Assembly (NCBI GenBank): GCA_025603075.1
Contig: MU626344.1
Span: 21,991-85,990 of the forward strand
Direction: 5' to 3'
DNA: 64,000 nucleotides
Source of the DNA: Neoconidiobolus thromboides FSU 785
Lineage: Eukaryota > Fungi > Entomophthoromycota
Shown here piece by piece: positions 54,334-64,000 of this stretch. Within the stretch, counting starts at the first letter, position 1. Each line of letters opens with the position of its first letter. Position numbers and translations under genes: made by a program. The notes beneath the pieces are model-generated. The model was not told the origin of the DNA. It worked only from the letters and a program-made list of their open reading frames with translations, and did no database searches.

Positions 54334-55621
54334 TTATTGTTTTGCTTTTTCAATTAAAGTGTCCATTGGAGTGGGTTTAAATAACCAGTTTTGACTTGGC
54401 CAACTATTGAGTTTAGCTCGATGTTTCTTTTCAAATAAACTAGCTTCTCTTAATGTACCATCAGTTTCTCGAATTAATACTTGACGATTCTAAATAAAAT
54501 AAAGAGAATGTTAGTAAATAAATAAATAATAAGTAATAAATAGAAACATAACATAACATAATCAAAGTATAACAACATTATGATATATATAATATTATAT
54601 CACTATTATCAATAATTTACCTTTAAACTTAAATTAGGATTAATATCACTAAACATAAATTGATATTTTTTATGACTACCCTTTTCATCTTTACTAAGGA
54701 TTTTAACTTGTGTTTTCATTTCAGGTATTTTATCTCCTCTTAAACCATGGTATTCAAATGGTTTTTCATCAGCCAATTCTTTTTTAACTTGTTCGAATGG
54801 CTTTCTATTAAGCGATACAGCTGCATCCTATTAATTACAATAAACATATTACTATTATTATTATTATTATTATTACTTTAGCACCAAATTCTACTTCTTC
54901 GTCAATGGCACGAAATAAAGGCTTATTAATTTCAGGTAAAATAGGTTCTAATTCTTCTTTATCATGCATATTAGATACACCAAGTAATTTTTCCATACCA
55001 ATTTGAAAATTGGTTTGTAAAATAAATTTCTATTTATAAGGGAAACAAGATTAGTAATTATTTTTTATGCATTTACAATAAAATAAATATTACCTCTTTC
55101 CCTTTTGTAATTAATTCTTCTTGTAAACTCTTTAATTTCAAAATAGCTTCTACTCTCTTGACTGATAAACGAAATATATTGCCTAATTTCCTTGGGGTAT
55201 TGACCTTTGGATTTTGTTTATAATAATCAAATATTTTCTTTTTATTTTCTTCAGATACTGGTTTATGTGGTTTAAAAAATGGATTCATTGGGAAAGGAGC
55301 CTACATTAAAAAAAAGAATCATTAATTTAATATTTCAAATTATGTTGTATATAATAATCATGATAGTGTAATAAAGTTACGTACATTATTTTTACCCAAA
55401 TATTGTACTGGTAAAAAATCTTTTGGATTTTCTGTTTTAATACTAAAATTTGATGATGTTTCTTGAAGCCATTGTTCTACTTTAGCATCCATTTTATTAG
55501 CTTTAGCCTCCTTCTCTTGTTCCAAATTAATACATTTGGTTTGAAATCCTCGACTTAATGTGTTCTTAGAAATAACATTGATTAACCTTGAATTCTTAGT
55601 TATATTCATCGTTTGAAGCAT
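54334..55621 (-). CDS. MRPS35: Mitochondrial small-subunit ribosomal protein mS45 (Bot1/Mrps35 family), multi-exon
   Basis: Presequence-like N-terminus, APFPMNPFFKPHKPVSEENKKKIF...PRKLGNIFRLSVKRVEAILKLK, and C-terminal VLIRETDGTLREA. Confidence 0.72.
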
Positions 55622-55869
55622 TTTGTCTAAAGTTGAATAATTATTATATAGTGCTTTAAATTGTTTTTTTTGAATAGTAGAATTTAGTAGAAATCAATTT
55701 TAAGTAACCAATCAATTTGAATTGTTCAATTGTTAGGATTAAAGAATCAAGTTATGGTAAGTTCAACTCAAGCTAACAATTTCTACTTAACCAATAATAT
55801 TCTATCTCTAAATCTAAAATAATTTAAGTTTTATTTATTTTTATTAGAATCATCAAAATAAACCATTAA

Positions 55870-56477
55870 ATGAATGACACCACAATAAGAACGAGTAGTT
55901 TGTACAACAGCTTAAAACAAAGTTTAACTAAAGATACATTAACTCGAGGTGGCCTATTGCCATTAGAACGTATCCAATATATCTCAAGTATTGCCGGGAT
56001 ATGGGGTTTTTTATTGGGTGGTTATCAAGGTGGAAAACTAGAAGGTTATCGATATTTAGCGGAACATCAACATAAATTACCAAAAACTATGGATCAATGG
56101 TATTTTTATCATAAAAGGAAAAATTATAAAATGATGTTAGAAGGAAGTAAAGTAGGTAGTCAATTAGCTTTGAGATTAATTGGTTTATGTTGTAGTTTTG
56201 AACTAATTCAATTGAGTTGCGATGTGATTTTATTTGATGCAAAAAATAGCTGGATTTCTTCAACAATAGCCGGATTCTCCACGGCTACTGTATTTTCATT
56301 ATTGAGTAACTACTTCTTAATTTATTAATTCACTTTATTAATTTATTTTTAGACAAATTACCCAAACAATCTCGAAGATATGCTATATTTGCTGGTACAG
56401 GCTTTGGTTTATTAGCTGGTAGTTTACAACATTTTATAGATAATTTCAAAAGTAAAAAAGAAGAAAAAATGGAATAA
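55870..56477 (+). CDS. Tim17/Tim22-like mitochondrial membrane protein, 2 exons
   Basis: LERIQYISSIAGIWGFLLGGYQGG...RYLAEHQHKLPKTMDQWYFYHKRKNY, Gly-rich TM helices, and second exon KLPKQSRRYAIFAGTGFGLLAG. Confidence 0.65.
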
Positions 56478-56607
56478 GTTCCACTTATTTATAAAAAAAA
56501 ATCATTTAAAATAAAACTCAATTCTAATAATAATAATTTTCAATTTAATAAATAGGCCTATTTTTTATCTATAATTTGTTTACTCGAATACAAATAAAAT
56601 CTAAATT

Positions 56608-59193
56608 TTATTTTTTATTGATATGTTGTTGATAATATTGAATAACTTTTGGATGAGCTCTTATTTTATCAGGAGTAAAATTAAGTACTTGTAACCCACT
56701 TAAGGTAGTAGCTCGTGATAAAGCGACATAAGCTTGTCCTGAATTAAAATTTCATTTTAATCTTATTAATTTTTAAAAACTCATTATTAATAATTACCTC
56801 TTTCAAATATTTTAAGTAAATCCACTTTAACTTTTTGTAATGTTTGTCCTTGAGATTTATGAATTGACATAGCCCATGCTAATAATAGTGGTACCTGTAA
56901 TTCATTAATTATTAAAAAATGATTTATTGTAATATAGACTATTCTTATTCTTATTCTTACCTGACTTCTAGTACCTAAAATTTCATTATTAACTTCATAT
57001 GTTGACTCCTCAGGTGTAATAGTAATTTCAATACCACCTGGAAATCGAACCACAGGATATTGAGTATCATATATATCTTTTGATTTATTAAATATTTCTT
57101 GTTCTGGGATAGGGCCAACCAATTGTAATTTATCTCGAGTCTTTGCATCCATTTCATTGATATTATTAAACCCAATCACAATACCTAAACTGCCATTGAC
57201 TAAAGATGGATGTTCATATGTCATGTTTTTTAACAACATTACTTGAGCATTCACTTTTAACTCCAATACTTTAGGAAATAATGTATAGTTATCCATATTA
57301 TCAACAACATGTTGTACTTTCCCAAAGTCATTGGCTTTTAACACATGTAGTTCACCATGTAATCCTTTTAACCGTATCATATTCGCTCGATCGACTTCAG
57401 AGCGAGTAGAAAATCTAAAATAGAGATAAACTTCTAATTTACTAACTATTTGATACTAATATTACAATTCAGCTGCTTGGATACCATCCCCAGTAGAAGG
57501 TAATTGACGTGAAAGTGATTTAAAAGTTTCAATTCCTTTGGCACTAACTTGACCTATCCTAGCTTCATTTAATATGGTTGTAAATTCTATAAAACAAATT
57601 TTAGTTCGCTTTGAATTCTTTGAATTTAGATTAAATTACCTGAATCTCGTTGTCTAAAGATTTCGGTTAAAACAATAGTTCTGTCAATGCATTTTTTCCA
57701 ACATTCCGATTCAAAGCAAAATTTAGCCTCTCCTCCTCGACTAACGGGCGGTAATTGTAAAAAATCACCTGCTAATATAAGCTAATATAAAGTAAATTTT
57801 AATATATTTATGGTATATTTTATTATTATTAAATTACTTGAATACCACCAAATGGTTTATCTTTAGTTCCTTTTAGTTTACAAGCTACTTGTTCTAATTT
57901 ATCAAATAGTTCTCCATTTAACATTGAAACTAAATAAATAGATATTAACTATTAATATAGAGTATGGAATATATAAAAATAATACTTACTTTCATCGATA
58001 ATTAAATATTTTAGACCCATCCATTTTTTTGCGGATTTTCTATTTTTATTAATTTTGGTAACTAATTCATGAATAGTTCCATTTCCTAATCCAATACCCG
58101 AAAAAGAATGAACTGTACAACCACCAATATTAAAAGCAGCTATACCAGTCGATGCTGTAACTGCTAATGTTTCTGGTAAATCAAATTTTTTACGTTGGTC
58201 TATTCGAAATCGTACATTTGGATCTCTTGAATATGAATCTTCTCGGTTACAGATTTCTTCAATGATATATCTTAATAATAATGATTTGCCAGTACCTTAT
58301 TCTTATTAAAAAATTATTGAAATACAAACATTAGAATTTACCTGCAGATCCGGTAAAAAATACATTTTTACCATCTCTAAAGATAGCATCTACTACCTCT
58401 AATTGGGATTTTGATAGCTTACTTTTATCGATCATTATACCTTTATTTAATCCATTTGATTTTTTTGCATTAGTTCTATTACTGCTATTGAGACTAGTAC
58501 TCCCACTATTAAAAGAAGAGCTTTGTGATTTCTTTTCATTATTATTAAAATTTCCCCAAGGCATATCCCTTTTTTTGTTTGTTAACGAATTTCCACTGTT
58601 ACCTCTTTTAATATGATTATCATAAGGCCCTTTACTTGGTTTATTTGGATCACTGGATACTACATAGACTCCATTTTTGTTGCTTCCAGAGTTACCATAA
58701 CCACTAAAGATACTTCTTGATACGGTTGGCGTTGAAGTTGCTTGTTTAATATGTTGATATCTTTGCTGAAAAGATTGTTGTTGTATTGACATAGAGCGAT
58801 TTTGTATAGGTTTTGAATACCCACCAACTTTACCTAAATCTAGTTTTTGAATAGCTGAGCTAGATACAAAAGGATTACGATTGTTCGATTGAGTTAAATC
58901 TACAAATTGGGATGAATTTGAGTTTCTTGAAATGGACTTATTTTGATAAGCTGGGCTACTAGTTAAATCAACTACATTACTTGATGTAATTATGGATTTT
59001 GTTTCTATAACTTTGATTCAATTTTTAATTTCTATTTAACTTTATTTAAATTTTAATCACCTTTTTTTTCCACTCTTGTACTACTATTAGTCGTACTAAC
59101 ATTATTGGAGTTTTTATTAAAATAACTTAGAATACTTGCTTGTTTACTACTTTCATTACCTTTTTTCTTGGCATTATTTTCTTGCTTATACAT
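56608..59193 (-). CDS. PIF1: PIF1/RRM3-family 5'-3' DNA helicase, copy A (PIP box present), multi-exon
   Basis: Exon 1 [25 protein letters not shown]..., intron 59011-59060, then VVDLT/FVDLT. Helicase motifs [88 protein letters not shown]. Stop at 56608-56610. Confidence 0.92.
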
Positions 59194-59697
59194 AAGTTTA
59201 TCTTATACTAATTATAAAATAGTCTATTTTAATAAGTTAAGATAATTGATAAAAAGAAATTTGCTTTTTTTGAATAAAAAATTAAATTTGATCGATCCAA
59301 TTATCAGGGATTAAAAAATGTTGATGTAACTTCAAATTTCTCGATTTTAAGTGGGCAGGTTAAGCAAGCTAGTAAAGTGGTACATTTTATAGTTGATAAA
59401 ATAATGAAACGAAAATTAATATTTAGTTTTGGTATTACCTAGTTATTTGATTTATATAGTGTGCGTTAAAAAGAATAACATCTAAAGATTCTTAAAATGT
59501 AGGCTTAAAAATACAATTTAAGTTTCCACTCTAATAATGATTTAAAATAACTTTTATAACTTCAAATACTTAATTATAAAGTATGTTGAATTATCAATCT
59601 ATATAATAAATGCCAAAAAATAGCAATGTTTCAAAATATTGAAAATAAAATTTATTGAATATTTAATTTTAGCAAACTCCAATAAAAGTAAAGTTAA

Positions 59698-59880
59698 GAT
59701 TTTAAACCAACTCCATGTAAATTAACATCTAAATCACCCAAAACGTTCGAAATTCTTTAAAGAGACACGGATCACTTGAAACTATTTCCCAGTAATATTA
59801 GTGATTTCTTTCAATATACTATTGATAGTGATGTTCTTTACAACAATGTTTACAATACTGTTTTTAATTTTTGGTAGATA
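59698..59880 (-). pseudogene. Decayed fragment paralogous to the NmrA-like gene at 63702
   Basis: Translates LPKIKNSIVNIVVKNITINSILKEITNITGK*FQVIRVSL versus LSNVKNTTVNIVGENTTINNILKDISKVTGKQFQVSHISL in the intact copy. In-frame TAG at 59782-59784, then a frameshift. Confidence 0.75.
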
Positions 59881-60015
59881 TTGATTTTGATATATTAATT
59901 AACAGTATCATTGAACCTATTAATTATTGTAACATTTAAGTATCTAATCTATTATTATTGTTTTATTTTTCTGTTGCCTTACTTTAAATTTTTTTAGTTG
60001 CTTTCTATTTGTTAT

Positions 60016-62637
60016 TCATATGAGTTCATATTGCTCATCCCTTTCATTAGTTGTATACTGTTTGTAATATTCAATAACCCTAGGATGAGCACGAATTTTA
60101 TCAGGTGAAAAATTAAGCACCTGTAACCCTTGTAGAGAAGTAGCACGCGATAAAGCAACATAAGCTTGCCCTAACCATAAATAAACACATAATTATGATA
60201 ATATACTATTATTTACCCCTTTCAAATATTTTACGCAAATCCACTTTAACTTTTTGCAAAGTTTGACCTTGGGATTTATGAATTGACATAGACCAAGCTA
60301 ATAAAAGGGGTACCTAATAATTATTAGTAAAAGAATTTTTAGGATTTAAAATGATAGTACTTGCTTTCTAGCGCCCAAAACTTTATTATCAACTTCATAA
60401 GTCGATTCTTCTGGCGTAATGGTAATTTCTATCCCATCCGAAAACCTAACAATAGGATATATGTTATAATGCATACCCTCCTTCTTAGTAAGTGAATCAT
60501 AATCTAGGATCCCATCCTCTTTTAACTTATTTAATGTATCTGGATCAAGTGCACCAATACCAGAGAATCCAGTAACAATACCAAGGCTGCCATTTACCAA
60601 GGAGCGATCTTTATTTGGCATATTTCTCAATAACACTACTTGAGCATTAACTTTTAAAATTAAAGTTTCTGGGAATAATGTATAATTATCCATGTTATCT
60701 ACTATATGTTTTACTTCGCCATAATCTTTTGCTTTAAAAATATGTAATTCACCAGGTAATTCTTGTAACCTTGTCATGTTGGCTCGATCTACTTCTGAAC
60801 GTGTAGGGAATCTAAACAGATTAGTGAATAATTCTTTTAAAAAGTTAGATTAACTATTTACAATTCAGCACCTTGAATACCATCACCATTAGATGGCAAT
60901 GTGCGTGAAATTGTTTTAAATATCTCTACTGCATTAGTACTCACTCGTCCCATCCTTATTTCATTTAACATAGTTGTAAATTCTAAAAAATCAGCCAACA
61001 CTAATACTAAATTTAAATTAATTTACCTGGATCACGTTGTCTAAAAATCTCAGTTAAAACTATGGTTCTATCAATACATTTATTCCAGCATTCTGATTCA
61101 AAACAAAATTTTGCTTCCTTATCTCGACTAACTGGTGGCAATTGTAAAAAATCTCCAGCTATAATTAACTAATGTAACACAATAGGCTTTATTATATCTA
61201 ACATTGATTCAAATATATTATATTACCTGAATACCACCAAAAGGCTTACCTCTTACCTCCACTATCTCTTCTCTTATCTTACAAGCTATTTGCTCAAGTT
61301 TATCAAAAAGCTCACCATTCAACATTGAAACTAAAAAACGAAAATTAGAAAAGCAGTCTAATATTATTTATATAATACTTACTTTCGTCAATAATTAAGT
61401 ACTTTAGCCTAAGCCACCTTTTAATACTCTTCTTATTCGTAATAATCTTTTTAACCAATTCTTTGACAGTACCAGTTCCTAATCCAATACCCGCAAAAGA
61501 ATGTACAGTACAACCACCAATATTAAAAGCAGCTATGCCAGTCGATGCTGTAACTGCCAAAGTATTAGGTAACCCGAAGTTTATATTTTGATCAATTCTA
61601 AAACGTATGTTTGGATTATAAGAAATAGGATTTTCTCGATTACGAATCTCTTCAATGATATATCTTAATAGCAATGATTTTCCAGTACCTTAATTTTTTT
61701 ACGATTTAGTCTACTAAATAAAGATAGCTAAAGTTACCTGCAGATCCAGTAAAAAATACATTTTTACCATCTTTAAAAATAGCGTCTACCACCTTCACTT
61801 GCGACTTGGTCAATTTACTTTTGTCTATAATAACATCTTCATTAATGTCGTTATCGTTATTCTCATTTCCTCTACTGTTTAAATTGAAATCATTTCCACT
61901 ATTAGATGATGAGTTTTGAGCTCTTTTTTCATTGTGATTGAAATTTTCCCAAGATGCGTTTCTTTTTTTATGTGTTCTAAAGTTTTCACTTACAATACTA
62001 TTATCATGCAATTCCTTAATTGACTTTTTTAGGTCATTTAAAACCCCATAGAGATCATCAATCTTGATTTCAGGGTTACTATGTTCACTGAAAGTATTTA
62101 TTACTTCTGATTGTTTTGAAGTTGATTGTTTTAGATATTGGTTGGAAGCGGAACTGCTTTGAGCGTATTCTGGATAGTTGTTACCATTGTTCAAATTTAA
62201 TTGTTCATTCCCTAAATAAGATACTGGCTTATTTAAATTTTTGTTTTGGATTTGCTCTATCAATTGCTTTGAAGTTGTTAATAATCGGTTTAGATCTAAC
62301 AACTGTGCTGAAACTGTTATTGACTGGGCTAGGCTGTTGTTTTGGGTTAGATCTACCAACTGCGCTGAACTTGTGGTTGGTATGGATAATTCATTTTGAT
62401 AGTTTGGACTATTAGTCAAATCAACTACATTACTTGACGCAATCATGAACTCGCTTTCTATATTTTGTTTTATCATTGTTTCAGTTCTTCAAAAATATTA
62501 TTACCTTCATTTTTTACTCTTGTATTATCATTAGTTGTACTGACATCGTTTAAGTTTATATTAGAGCCATTTGATCTACCTGACTGTTGATTACCTTCTC
62601 CAATCTCTTTTTTATCTTCGCTGTTTTGATTATACAT
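60016..62637 (-). CDS. PIF1: PIF1/RRM3-family 5'-3' DNA helicase, copy B (no N-terminal PIP box), multi-exon
   Basis: Exon 1 [11 protein letters not shown]...RVKNE, intron 62458-62504, then VVDLT/LVDLT. Same helicase motifs and same intron positions as copy A. Stop at 60016-60018. Confidence 0.92.
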
Positions 62638-63395
62638 CACTAGATCTTATTAATTACAAATTTATTCTATAACAAGTTGATAACAACAACTAAAAAAGTA
62701 TGTTTTTATAATTTTATTCTGGGCAACAATCAGAGATAAGTTGGTGTTGGTGTAATTTTAATTCTCATTAAGTAGATAATTTGATTAGCTTATTGAACAA
62801 ATGAAGCTTTATTTGATAACTAATTGGTTGGAGATGGTGTAAATTAGTAAAAATTGTGAGTGCTTTAAAGGTTTTTGTTTTTTAATATTGCTCAAAAAAT
62901 ATACAAACTTAACTATTAAAAATTCCTAAGAAATATATTCAATATTTTATGCTATATAATACTCTGAATAGTATTTATTTTTTAAATTCAGTAGAGTTTT
63001 TTTATATAATTTTAATCTTTGTTAAAAAACTTTATTGATTGTTGTTTGCTTATTTATATCATATAAAAAATTATAGGAAAACGTTATAAACTAAAATTAG
63101 CACAACATTTATGACTTGATATATTTAGTAAATTATGATTTTTTAAATATAGCCTTGCAAGTTAGTTTATATAGCATGCTTTGAAAGCAATAACATAATG
63201 ATAGTTAATCTAAAAGTTTAATGTTAAAGTTTAATGTTAAAGTCTAATAATGGCTGCTTTAAGCAGCTTTACCAAATATTTAGTAAAATAAAACAAGATG
63301 AATCTTAATAATTCACTACAAATAGAAAATAGTATGGAATTTCAATCATGATTTTTGAAATCAAATTTCAGACCTTAAATTGATTATTGAAATAT

Positions 63396-63488
63396 GGGGG
63401 TATTTTTGTTTAAGGATTTTACTAACAATTTTTCTGCTTAAATAGTGCTTAAAAGATAGAAAAAGTGATGAAGCCAAAAAATATCCCC
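63396..63488 (+). mobile_element. MITE-like element, copy 8
   Basis: TA-TGGGGGTATTTTTGTTTAAGGATTTTACTAACAATTTTTCTGCTTAAATAGTGCTTAAAAGATAGAAAAAGTGATGAAGCCAAAAAATATCCCCG-TA. Confidence 0.8.
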
Positions 63489-63701
63489 GTATACTCTTAT
63501 GTTAAATAAAAAGATGAAATTAAACAATGATAAATAGAAATTATTACTTATTGATTTCATTTGGCTTTATATATCATGTTGGAATTATTTTCAAAATAAA
63601 ATAAAAATTAGATTAATCAATCAATTTGTATTTAGTAATAGTTATAAATATATTAATTATTAGAAGTAAGATAATATTAAGGTCTTAGGAAATATGTTTA
63701 T

Positions 63702-64000
63702 TTAATACTTGGATTTAGCATAATCAGAAATGGAAGTAAACTTAAAGTCAGGAACCAAATCTTTATGATTACCAGGGAGTTTGATATCACCTAATTCAAT
63801 ATCTTTACGAAGATAATATGAGATTTTACCAAAGAAATCAACATTTGGATCATCTAATACCTTTTGTACTTCATCTAAAGAGATATGAGATACTTGGAAT
63901 TGTTTACCAGTAACTTTACTAATATCTTTTAATATATTATTAATAGTGGTATTTTCTCCAACGATATTTACAGTAGTATTTTTAACATTTGATAAATGAT
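63702..64000 (-). CDS. NmrA/isoflavone-reductase-like NAD(P)-binding protein, 3' end only (runs off window)
   Basis: Open frame ...VNIVGENTTINNILKDISKVTGKQFQVSHISLDEV...LVPDFKFTSISDYAKSKY*. The G+..T...I...+.+.TG+++.V..+S pattern and final FTS+.DY are typical of NmrA/IFR C-termini. Confidence 0.55.
   Translation of the reverse strand, partial: HLSNVKNTTVNIVGENTTINNILKDISKVTGKQFQVSHISLDEVQKVLDDPNVDFFGKISYYLRKDIELGDIKLPGNHKDLVPDFKFTSISDYAKSKY

Noticed and set aside
58792-59010. Apparent loss of the start codon (pseudogenisation) of PIF1 copy A
   Set aside because: An upstream exon (ATG 59193) and a 50-nt GT-AG intron (59011-59060) restore the frame. The ORF-track starts at 58792 and 62476 are not the likely true starts.
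56608-62637. PIF1 pair as Helitron or transposon-borne helicases
   Set aside because: No HUH/Rep domain or transposase is adjacent and I see no CTRR/hairpin terminus. Both genes are intron-rich with shared intron positions and have cellular Pif1/Rrm3-type N-termini.

Overview
This is very AT-rich eukaryotic genomic DNA with compact genes and many short (~45-65 nt) GT-AG introns. Composition, intron style and the F-box/LRR genes suggest an early-diverging fungus, possibly Entomophthoromycotina/Zoopagomycota such as Conidiobolus (inference). I reconstructed about 25 protein-coding loci by joining exons by eye: ADP1, a NIPA Mg transporter, PTR2, ITC1/ACF1-like, ELP4, RAB2, prefoldin 1, a SETD6-like methyltransferase, CDC40, a BARD1-like RING-ZnF-BRCT protein, PEX5, eIF2-gamma, a DOPA-dioxygenase-like protein, an NSUN methyltransferase, MEF2, MESH1, HAM1/ITPA, an F-box/LRR gene, NOG2, XRN1, a small secreted protein, mS45, a Tim17-like protein, two PIF1 helicases and a partial NmrA-like gene. 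Main observations: (1) a 63-nt U12-type AT-AC minor-spliceosome intron in RAB2 that is needed to build the N-terminus; (2) a ~98-bp terminal-inverted-repeat element (MITE-like) with 8 clear copies in 64 kb, two of which bracket a decayed F-box gene; (3) a tandem [NmrA-PIF1] duplication in which only one helicase keeps an N-terminal PIP box while both keep VDLT SIM-like motifs; (4) a BARD1-like protein with a RanBP2 zinc finger in place of ankyrin repeats; (5) a DOPA-4,5-dioxygenase homologue with three conserved His replaced; (6) MESH1 and ITPA head-to-head, 122 bp apart. All family assignments come from recognised motifs, not database searches. I found no tRNA, rRNA or CRISPR array.
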